The position numbers and the translations under genes are program-made. The notes under the pieces are model-generated. The model ran no database searches. It was not told the origin of the DNA and worked only from the letters and a program-made list of their open reading frames with translations. DNA of 64,000 nt. Source: Moniliella sp. 'wahieum'. Taxonomy: Eukaryota. The stretch spans positions 310,001-374,000 of the forward strand of contig RSEE01000001.1 in assembly GCA_003971905.1 (NCBI GenBank), written 5' to 3'. Within the stretch, counting starts at the first letter, position 1, and every line of letters begins with the position of its first letter. Shown here piece by piece: positions 50,553 to 61,500 of this stretch.

Positions 50553-51500
50553 TCAAACAGAATGCGATCGCGCCTCGATTCTAGGGAATCCGCGCTCACC
50601 TGAGGGCGTGAGCGCGTGAGCGCGTGAGCCTAGCTGGGGACGCTCAGTTTCGGACTTGGTAACTTGGCCGACACCGCCCTTGGGCTCAGCGTCACATCCG
50701 GAGTCCCGAAGGGCCTGGGCCCGCGTTGCCGCCGCCGGCCGACTGTCGCGTTCGCGCATCATAGCGGATGCGACCTCCATGAACCTGTCAAATGCTTCGG
50801 GAGGCATGTTGTGTCGCGCATCTGGAGGAGCAGATCCGTGAGCTCGGGCGGGATCGACCGCCTCTCGGGGCGGGATGGGCACGTTCGGGCCGTATGTGCG
50901 CGCAGCATGTCGCCTTGCTGCAACTCCATGTGTTGCAGCTGATGGAGCAGGGTAGGGTCGGCGGAGGTGGGACAGCAACCACGTCATCGAAAAAGCCGTC
51001 GTCTTCTATCTCCCCAACTTTTCCCGAATTTCAGCGGGGGCCAGCCTTCGTGCAGCGCCTCCAGCAGCATATCATCACCGCATTCGGTGCTTCGCCGAAC
51101 CAGGGTTCCACTTTCAGCATCATTTCTTTGTGTGACAAGCGGCCGTTCCAGATCGTTCAGCATATCGTACACTCGGGCGGGCCTCCATCGAGTCCCGCCA
51201 CCGGTCCGCGTCCATTTCCATATACTGGAGCAACCGTTCCTCGATTTGCGCAGGGTACAACCCCTTGCCCAGCGCGTCCAGCACGACATCCATCACGTCT
51301 GCGGCACCGGGTCGTTCACCTGGGTAAACTTTTGGCGGATCTCCTGCGCCGTCCACCCCGCGCGCGCATCCCACAGCAAACCAAACACGTCCCGGCGGCG
51401 GTATGAAAGGTTCCTGACCCAACGGGGGGCCCGGAAGTTAAGTTACCAAGACCACCACGACCACGACCACCACCACGGTAGTAGCACCACCAGTAGCACC
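50553..51500 (-). CDS. Hypothetical protein
   Basis: Globular-looking segments across frames (DVMDVVLDALGKGLYPAQIEERLLQYMEMD; MPPEAFDRFMEVASAMMRERD). Family not recognised. Confidence 0.4.
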
Positions 51501-53065
51501 AGCAGCGGGAGCACCAGCACCAGTTGCGCTTGCGGAGGGGGCGGGAAGCGGCGGGGGCAGGGCCGGTGCCGCGCTGGTCGGCTCGGTTGGGCATTCTCGG
51601 TTGGGCATTCGCGGGGGGAAGGGGCGGGAACCGTGGGGGGGGAAGAAAAGAGCAGGCCTCGGCTGCGGGCTGTCGATATACACTCCTCCCTGGGCGAAAG
51701 GGGAGAGGGCAGATGGGCCGCTGCGATGCTTGATTGGACGGTGCGGTGCAATCGCCGCACACTGCCCCCGTCGGGGTGTGTACGTGGACGAGCGATGCAC
51801 GTGCGATCATCGATCGAGCTGCGAGCAGAAGGCTCGAGCGCAAGCAGTCATGATCAACATCCGCAGCCAGCGCCCGCCACGCTGGAAGCCGGCCGATGCG
51901 CTCCATCCCATCGGCCAGCATCTCCACGCATCGAGCATCCCCAATCAATCATCATCGCATCATCAGTCCCCGCTCCCTGCCCCTGCGTGCTTGGTGCTTC
52001 CCCCACCACGCCCTCCCGTCCCCCCCATTCCCAGCGAGACACATTGCCATGTAGCCATCCCACCGCGATGGTTGCATTCCCTCCTCGGCGGGTGCATCCC
52101 ACCCGTCCTCAGCGTTGTTCCCTCACGTCTCGCCGTGGGGTGCTTGGTCGTCCTCTGGCCCGCTAGCTGCGCAGCCTGGCCGCACATGAGCGCCGCCTCG
52201 ATCGTGCGCTGCAGCCAACCGCCTCTGGGAGCTCTGCGTGCCCATCAAATAGACCCCTCTGTCCCAACAGCGGGTTGCCTATGCATGGACACGGGGGCGA
52301 TGCGCACGCCGGCGGGGTGCTACGGTCTGGAGCGTTTGGAGCGAGTTGTGCTAGTTATGGTTAGCGCCGGGGTTGCTCTCTGCAGGGAAGGGGCCTAGCT
52401 GAGAGAAGGTGGAAGCTTGCATGGGGGCATCCTTCTATGTTGGCGGTCTGCGTGTTGGGTGCCCGCTGCGATGCGGAGCGGAAGCGGCTATAACGTCTCA
52501 GGCCCGATGCCTCCGGAGGCCGAAGGCCCGAGTCTCACAGGCGAGTACGTGAGGACGGAGTGGCGTCGGCCAGCTGGGGCACTGGGCGGTGTCAGAGTAG
52601 CCTGTTTTCAATTGTGCCGCTGACAGGAGGTGCTTTTGGGGGCGGTGTGTTGTCCTAGAGGGGGGGGGTGGTGGTGGTGGTGGTGTGGTGTGGTGGTGGT
52701 GGTCGCCCGGGCGAGGTGGGGTGGGGAGGCAAATGTCGCCATGGGCGGCGTGACGTGCTGGCGCCGGTGTGGCCCAGCGCCATTCTTGCGCCGCAGTGGG
52801 CGGTGTGGGCGCCAGTCGGCCACTGCGTCGCTGCAAACGTCGAATCAAATCAGCCTGGAATCATCCCCGCACGCGTGATCGCCGATAAGCGCTGGGGTGC
52901 CGTGTGCCGCGTCTCGTCAGTCTCACGACGCGGTCCCGCCAGCTCCGCATCCTCCGTCCACGCAGCGGAGCCACGAGCGACCCCCCCCATCCCCTCGCAT
53001 TCCAGCATCGCACCGCCTCGCCTCGCCTTGCCTCCTCCTCCTCCTCTCCCTCCCCCGACACCTTC

Positions 53066-54821
53066 ATGAGCTCGACCGCGCGCACGCCGCTTACGTCCGG
53101 CAAGTCGACGCCGAAAGCCGTGTCGAAATCCGCCTACCAGGCCACCCCGTCTTCCTCCTCCCCGACCCTCTGCTCCCCCGCCCCCAGCATGCGTGCCGCC
53201 TCTTCTGCCGAGCCTTCGTCTCCGGGCCTGGGCAGCGGCCGGGTCAGTCTGTTCATCTCATCGGCCAACCTGCTGAATGTGCTGATTGGTGCTGGCATCT
53301 GTGCCATGCCCTACTCCTTTGCCGCGGCTGGCATCGTGCCTGGGTTTGTTCTGGTGGTTGTGTGTGGGGTAACGTCGGCGTTGGGCGTGTACCTGTTGAC
53401 GCGCTGTGCGGCCCGACTGGGTGGCAACCAAACCTCCTTCTTTGCGATTGCGTCGGCCGTGTGGCCCTCGGCGCGCCAGGCGATTGATGCCGCAATTGCG
53501 ATCAAGTGCTTTGGCGTCGCAATCAGTTACCTGATGATTGCCGGCCAACTCATGCCGCAAGTGTCGTGGTCCTTGGCGCGCATCCTCACCGGCTCGCCAC
53601 AAGGGTTCCCTAGCGTGCTGTACTCGCGCGAATTTTGGATTGCCGCCTGGGCCGTGCTCCTGGCCCCGCTCTCGTTTTTGCGCCGGCTCGACTCGCTCCG
53701 CCACACGTCCTACGTCAGCTTCTTGGCGGTCGTGTACCTCGTTGTCATTGTTGTCTACTACTTTTTCGTCCCGCCCACTTTTTCGACCGAAGCGCACATG
53801 GCTTCTACCGCTCCTGCTCCTGCTCTGCGCCCACGCAGCCCCCTCCAAGCCCTCGCCGAACCGCCCCCAAGGGTGACGTGCACTGGTTCCACATGACGAG
53901 CGAGTTCCTCAGCGTTTCCCCCGTGTTTGTGTTTGCCTTTACCTGTGCTCATGTACGTCCTCCTTCGACCTCGTTCCTACCTCTCAGTATGGCACGCGGG
54001 GCTATTCTTGTTTCCGCACGTACCCAGTACTAACCCCGGCTCCAGAACGTGCTGTCCGTGTACAACGAGCTCAAAGACACACCGAGGCGCGGACGAACGA
54101 GGTGATTGGGTGGTCGATCGGCTTGGCAGGAGTGCTGTACGAGGTGGTAGCCATCCTGGGGTACTGCACCTTTGGCGCCCATGTGAGCGCGAACGTGATT
54201 GCTTCCTACCCGGCCGACTCGCTGTTTGTCTGTGGTGGACGCCTGGCCATTGTCGCCTTGACATTGATGAGTTACCCCCTCACCATCCACCCTTGCCGCG
54301 CGTCCCTGGCCAACATCTACGCCGCTTTCCGCCCTGCTGGACGCTCCGGGACCAGACCACCAGCGCCAGTGCCAGCATCCACGACGAGACGGAAGCGTTG
54401 GTCTCCTCGGACGAGACGGGTGGCGGTGCTGGTGCAAGCCCGGTCGCTCCCGAGCTGGGCACGCTGGCCTGGGCCGGGGTGACGGTGGCGTTGGTGGTGA
54501 GCACGACGGCGATCGCGATCGCGGTGGAAGACTTATCCCTAGCCCTCGGGTTGTCGGCAGCGTTGGCTCCACTCCATCTCGTTCATCTTGCCGGGCTTGC
54601 TGTACTGGCGCATGTTCCGCCACGCAGACGGCGCCGACGAGTTGCCCGGCGGCCAGTTTGCCCCGCTCGAGGAAGGTCATCCGGCCCCGCGCCCGGCCGA
54701 GGCGCAGCCCCCCGCCCCGTCTCGCCGCACCACACTGCATTTGGCCATCGGCCTCACGGTGTGGGGCGTGGTCGTGCTCGTGGTCACGCTCACGGCGAAT
54801 ATCCGCAAGGTGCTCGCATGA
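53066..54821 (+). CDS. Vacuolar amino-acid transporter, Aa_trans family (AVT5/6/7-like)
   Basis: SSANLLNVLIGAGICAMPY, DAAIAIKCFGVAISYL, PLSFLRRLDSLRHTS, PVFVFAFTCA, GYCTFG, SYPLTIHPCRASL, FILPGLLYW. Confidence 0.92.
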
Positions 54822-55124
54822 AGCTCCCATACCAAGCACCAAGCACACCACACGACCTGACATCCTCGATCCCCAGCCCCACTAGAACCACTGCATCGCC
54901 CCACGTTTCTTGTCTTTTTTCGCCTTGCCTCTCGGATGGACCGATCGTGCCGAATCTAAGTCTGTGCTCAGCCACCTTCCCTGCGCTGGTTGGCGCCTGG
55001 TCCCGCGGTCGGGTGGGTGGGTGGACCGGCGATTGCGATTAGGGCGCACGCTCCCCCTTTATGTCAATGGGCCCAAGCGGTGTAGATGGGGGGGAGGATG
55101 CGGGATGGTCGATGGAGAGGCCTG

Positions 55125-55157
55125 TGACATGTGACATGTGACATGTGACATGTGACA
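55125..55157. repeat. (TGACATG)4 array
   Basis: Four exact 7-bp units plus TGACA. Confidence 0.95.
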
Positions 55158-55795
55158 GGGCTGGTTGCTTACGTACTCCCCGCGGGCCGCTCGTAAGCGC
55201 GGGCGGAGATAGGCGGGCGACGTGATGAGTGGGCGATGCGACAGGCGTGGAAGCTCGGGGAAGGCGAGGGGGCGGTGATTGATGACGTCGGCGGCGTGTG
55301 GGTCACCGCCGCGGCCGAGGGGGGATGGGACGGGATGGGCGCAGGCGGCGAGCTGGGGCATGAGCCATGCTGACGCGGGCGGTGCAGCGGCGGGGCGAGG
55401 GCGAGGCAGGCGGATGGGGGCGGAGGCGCGGGGGTGGCCGGTGGGCTGCTCTGCTCGGCTGGGCCTCAGCTGCGACGCACCGCCGCCCGTCGAGTGCGCG
55501 GCGGAGGATGATGCAATGGATGGCGCAGCGCAGGATGCATGTGCATGCGATCTGAGATCTCTGAGGGGCCGCAGAGCGTCATGCGTCGGCGGGTGAGGGC
55601 CCGAGCGTCGAGGCACACGGGCGCAGTGGGGGCGCATGCGTCATTAAATAAGCGCTGGGCCCCCGCCGCAGCCTCCGCCTCGCAAGCACTGAGCCCGGCC
55701 ATCGGACGCACCACAACCGTCCGCGCATCCGACTCTACCCCAGCCGCCCATCCGACGCAGCGCCCCCCCCGCCATCGCCCCCCCTGCTCCCCTCC

Positions 55796-57726
55796 ATGGA
55801 CGCACCCCCCGCGCTGCGCCGCGTGCCTTCCCACGGCTCTCTGCCCTCCTCGGCCGCCGCTCGCCCCCCCGCCGCCCCCCTCGCCCCCCGCGCCCCGCCG
55901 CTGCTGCCCGCCTCCGCCGCTCCCACTCCCTCCACGCCTATCTGCCCACCATCCCCTCGGCCTCCGCCGCCGCCTCCGCCCCCACCTCCGCCTCCGCCTC
56001 CACATCCAGCATGTCCTTCTCCCGCCCCCTCCCCCGCCGCAGCAGCAGCACCGCCTCCGCCTCCTCCTCCTCCTCCTCCTCCCACACCAACCCCCCGCCG
56101 CCCCCGCCCCCGCCCCCCGTTGCCGCCGGCCACGCCCACCGCCTTCCCCCGGACGCTTCACCTTTGCCTCCCAGCCCTTGCACAACCCCATATGGATACC
56201 ACTGCCACGCCCACCTCGCTGCGCCCGGCACCGAGCCCGGCGTGCGCTACACCTTTCTCTCCGCCCCCTCCAGCAGCGAGGACATGACCCAACCCGGCGA
56301 CCTCTCTCCGCCGGATCAGGACCCCTTCTCTCTCCAGCCGGGCAGCCGACCACCGCGACGACATGCGCCCCTGGCCCAGCCGCACCTTCCCCGCATGTCG
56401 GGCACCGGCGGTGGCTACGGCTACATCTCGGGCTCGGCGCGAGAGTGGCATGTCGCTGGATGAGGACGACCCTGGCCCTGCGTTTTGGCGCGACTCGGGC
56501 GCTCGCCTGCCCTCTTCATCCAAGTCCAAGCAGCCGCCCCATCGTTCCTTTTCTACCGACGACGACGAGGACGATGACGACCCGCTGTCGGCGCTGCAGA
56601 AGCTGACGTTGGATCTGTACGAGCAGAAACACTCGGTGCCTGCGGTGGACGAAACCGAATCGGATTCCCTCATGGGATCCACCCACCTCTTGACCAGCAG
56701 CAGCGAAGTGTCCGAACGAGGCGCAAGCACCAGCAACGTCACCAGTCCCAGACCAGATAGCAGCACGCAGGTGGATGCGACCACGCCGTTGCCTGCCTCG
56801 CCGCCGGTGCCACCGCCGCTGCCGCTGCCACAGTCCCAGTCCCAGCCACCGGGCACGCGCAAAGCACGTTCGTCGAGCGACAAAGACCGGCGCACCGCAT
56901 CGCCGCGCGGAGGGCGGGATGGAGGAGGAGGAGGCCGAGGTGCGTCGCAGGAACCAGCTTCTTCCTCTACTGTCGCTGCGCCTTCGACACCTTGTGCCTC
57001 CTATGCCTCGCCCCCGCCCGCGCCCGCGCCCGGCCGCACATCCGCCACGCCTACCTCGCCCCCGCTTGCCACCCGCCGGCCCGTGCGGCACGTGTCCACT
57101 TCCCCGCGCTTTGCTCCGCCGCTACGTGGGTCGTCGCAAGAGGCCGACGAGTACGAGCAGCCGCCGCGCGGGGTCGGGATCAAACGCCCCCGTCGTCGTG
57201 CCCCTTCGCCCGGGAAAGAAGCAAGTGCGGGTGCGGGTGCGGGTGCGGGTGCAGGTGCAGGTGCGAGTGCAGGTGCACACCCTGCGCCCTCGCGACGCCG
57301 TACCGGCCCAGCCCGCGGCTCCACTGCCCCGCCCCGCCGCCGCCTCCGAAACGTCCTCCCGTGGCTCTAGGGACTTGTCTCCGTCCTCACGCGCCGACGC
57401 TGCTGGTGGTGGTGGCGGAGCGGGTGGTGCGTCCGGGCGGGGAAACCAAGATGAGCGTGTGCGAGTACGTGAATCCCTTGACGGGCGCGTGTGGGACGCA
57501 GTTTCATCGTCTGTACGACCTGGTGCGGCACCGCGAGACGGTGCATGGCCGCGACGAGGCGCGGGCAGTGCAAAAGGGCACGTTGAGCATGGAGCAGGCG
57601 CTGGTATGGGGCAAAGAAGTCAACCCCGCCACATCCAATGTGGACCACGAATGGAAATGCGAGTGTGGCAGTGTGTTTTCGCGCAAAGATGCCCTGTTGC
57701 GCCACAAGCGCCTGCGCCAGCACTGA
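55796..57726 (+). CDS. Rpn4-like C2H2 zinc-finger transcription factor
   Basis: C-terminal CEYVNPLTGACGTQFHRLYDLVRHRETVH...WKCECGSVFSRKDALLRH resembles the fungal Rpn4 finger pair. Low-complexity N-terminus; the start is uncertain. Confidence 0.7.
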
Positions 57727-58559
57727 TTCCCGTCCAGGCTCGGGATCCGGATCCGGTGGTCGGGCGAGGGAGGGAAGAGGAGCGGGGTGCAAGCTCCTCG
57801 TGGGTTTTTTGTTTTGGTTGTGATTGTGCTTTTGTGTCCTTTCCGTGTATCCTCGCATTTTTCTTGGCTGCTGTGGACGCCGCTGCGCCCCAGCGCCCTT
57901 GCTCGCCGCACGGGCTGGCTTGGCCTCGGCAGCGGTCGTACCCGGTCCCAGCCGGCCTGGCCCCGGCCTGGCCCCGGCCGCGTTCCATTCCATCTTGCTG
58001 CTGCCATGCTTGTAGTTTGTGAGTGTGTGCTGTGTGTGCCCGCAGTCCCACAGGCAGGGGAGGGCGCTGGCGGTGCGCAAGCGAGGGTGTGGTGGGGGGG
58101 GGGGGTGGCGGTGCGAAGAGCCAAGACTGGCAGTGCTTTGTAGCAAGATGCGTCCCGAGTGCAGTTAGCACTCGTCAAACTTGAAATGGGCGAGTAGGAG
58201 ACGCGCCGCATGCGCACGTGACCGGCGGGAGTGTTGGTATTGGTGTTGGTGTTGGTGTTGGGCCGGACGGGGGCAGCCCGCGCCCAGGCGGGGCAGTAGG
58301 GTTGGCGCACACCCCGCCCGCACGCGGCGAGCAGCACAGGCGCCGTGCCCGCAGGGAGATTGAACATTGCATCGCGGCGGGGGATGCGTGAGTTGAGGGG
58401 CGCGTGACGACGGAATCTGAAATTGCAGGCGCATGTTGACGCTGCCGGACGGGAGCCGAGACTGGCGGCATCGCGTGAGGCGCCGTCGGCCTCCCTCGCC
58501 TCCCTCCCCTCCCCCCCCCCCACTCGCCCCTCCCCCCCTCCTCCCCGCCCTGCCCTGCC

Positions 58560-61500
58560 ATGGACGCCCCCCCGCCGCCCGACGACTGGGCGTCGCAGCC
58601 GCTCCCAGAGCGCCTGGCCAGCAAGGTGTGGAAGGCACGCTGCAGCGCCTACGACGACCTTGCCACCGCCTTTGCCCGCTCCCCCGACGCGGCCGACGCT
58701 GTGTTTGACCCATGGGTCCGCGACCCCGACCGTGTCCGCGCCTGGGTCCTCGACTCGAACGCTGTCGCACAGGAGAAGGCTATCGACGCTGTGCGTGCCC
58801 TGGTTGAATTCGGCGGCACCCGCGTGGCCAAAGCAACCCGCCCCGTCCTGGTACCTGCGCTGGTCGAAAAGGCGCTCCCTTCCACCGCGCCGGCACGCGC
58901 ACCCATGCCCAGCACACCCTCCTCTGGCTCGCGGAGAACGAAGATGTACTGGGATGCGAAGAACTAGTGAAAGCCGTCTTGGCCGGCTTTTCCGCCAAGC
59001 AACCCAGAACCGTCGCTGCCGCCGTCGCCTCGCTCGACTTGCTCATGTCTGCCTTTGGCCCGCACCAGATCGAACCCCGCTTTATCCTCGACCGCCTCCC
59101 CGACGCGTTTGTCATTCCGACAAAACGGTCAGAGCCAACGCGTCGGCACTTACCCTTACCCTCTACACTTACCTTGGCGATGCGCTGAACGCGACGCTGG
59201 ACAAGCTCAAGGACATCCAGGCCAAAGAACTGCGCGCCCAGTTCGCTTCCCTCCCGAACGATCCGCCCAGCCCACCCGGTTCCTCCCATCCCAACGTCCG
59301 GCCCCCGCTGGGGCCGAAGAGATGCGGCCGGTACCAATGGCTCGGGAGCCGAGAGCTTCCCCGCTGGGGCCGGCGAGGGTCCCGGGGCCGAGCCAAAAAG
59401 CTGGACGCGTACGACATCGCCATCCCTGCGGACCCCTTTAACACGAAAATCTGGCCGGAGAAGTTCCATGAACAGGTTGCTCACACGAAATGGTCCGAAC
59501 GTCGAGACGCGCTGATCGCCGCCGCTACCGCGCTCAAAACATCCCCCAAACTCAGCGACAACAGTGATTGCTTCAAGGTACGATTCGCTGGTGGAGGTGT
59601 GCGCGGAACGAGTGCGCAAGACTCCAACATCATCGTTGTCATTGAAGCTGCCGGCTGCCTGGCTCTGTTGGCCTCGGGACTGCGCAGCATCTTTGGCGGT
59701 CGGTACCGGGAAAAAGCCGAGCCAGCGTTGATTGAGCGATTGAAGGAGAGAAGGCGAATGTGCTCGAGGCGCTGAATGGGGCGTTAGACGCGGTAGCCGC
59801 CACCAGCTCGATCGGAGAACTTTTGCCCGACATTTTGACCGGAATGAAACACAAGACGCCCTCGGTCAAGTCGGAATCCGCCCGCTTCCTCGCTCGCTGC
59901 CTTGCCAATACCCGCACGGTACCGGGCAAAGCCGATGTGGGCTCCACGGCCGAAGCGCTGCTGGCGGCCATGGCCGACGCCAACCCCGAGGTTCGCGATG
60001 CGGCCGCCAAGGGACTGGGCACGCTGATGAAGCTGGTGGGCGAACGGGCGATGAACCAGTACCTGGACCAGCTTGACGACCTGAAAAAGGAAAAGGTCAA
60101 GGACGAATACGCCGCGGCCCAAGTCAAGGCCAAAGCTTCGGCCCCGGCCCCGCCCAAACCGGTCGCTCCGGCTGCCAAACCCGTCGTCGCCAAACGACCT
60201 GTCCTCTCCTCCTCCAAACCCAAGCCCGCCCCACCGGCGTCCCCGCCTCCGACTGCTTCCGCGCCCAGCGCATCGCCTGTCAAACCCCGCGCACCTCCAG
60301 CCCGCTTGTTGGCGAAAAAGCCAGCGGCATCTGCGTCTGCCTCTGCATCTGCCTCTGCCCCCAGCTCGGCAGTGCCGGCAGCCAAACGGGCTCCTGCCTC
60401 GGCTGGGGATCTTTGGTGACGCCCGCTACCGAACCTGTCAAGTACCGCTACCCGGCCGAAGAGGCCGAAGCACGAGCGCAAGAACTGGTGCCCGCTTCGA
60501 TCGGCGTGTTGATCGAGAGCAAAGCGTGGAAAGAGCGATTGGAAGGCATGACGCAGCTCAATGCGTGGCTAGATCGGGAAGCGGAGGAAGTGGATGCCGA
60601 GATCCTGATCCGAGGGTTTGGCAAGCGGCCCGGATGGAAAGAGTCCAATTTCCAAGTGCTGGCCGAAGTGTACAAGGCGATTCGCACGCTTTCTGAGCAC
60701 AGTCCTTCCTTTGGTCGCGCTCGGCGCGTTGGCCATCCCAGATTGTGTGACAAACTGGGCGATATCAAGTCAAGGTACCGGCGGGCGAGAACGTTGGTCG
60801 CACTGTCGGAAAAAGACGAGTTTGGCTTCGTCTTGGCCCAGAGTATTCCGGCATGGCCAAGATCAAGGCGCCCAAGGCCATCGCGGACGGTCTGGCTTGG
60901 ATCGACGCTACCCTGCTCCTCTTTGGCCTGGCGGGGATGTGGACGTAAGAGTCTCGTGGCCCATGATCGCCATGCTCAAAAACTCCAACGCGATAGTGCG
61001 GACGAATGCGACGAAATGCTTTGGTACGCTGGCACGGTACGTGGGTAGTGCCTTGCCAACTTTACCGGCGAATCACTCCCCAGTTGCAGGCCACCATACC
61101 AGACCGAGGTGGAAAAGGCTACCTCCAACCCGCCCCGGCCCGGAGAAGTTTAGTGCCGAGCTGGCCCAGCCAACGGCCACGGCGGGGGCAGCTGGAGGCA
61201 GTTCGGCCGACAAGGGCCGCGCAGCCGCGATGAACCCGCTGGACGACTTGGTACCCCGTTTGCGGTCGAGAAGGTCATCCCGCACGCGCTCATCACGGCG
61301 AGCAACGAGAGTGGGCCATGGAAGGAGCGCAAGGCAGCACTGGAGAGCATTGTGGGCGCGTTGCAAGCAAACGAACGACTCAAGGGGGACGTGCCGTCGG
61401 ATCTAACCGGCGCGCTCAAGCAGCGCTACGCCGATGCCAATCTGCAATGCAAGATGCTTGCGGTGGATGTCACGGCGCGTCTGGCGCGTGGGCTGGGAGC

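Noticed and set aside
50604..50630. (TGAGCGCG)2TGA as a member of the heptamer family
   Set aside because: The period is 8 rather than 7. It is possibly related but was not counted as evidence.
57226..57278. GCGGGT/GCAGGT hexamer repeat and other poly-Pro or (GGT)n tracts
   Set aside because: Ordinary coding or UTR microsatellites.
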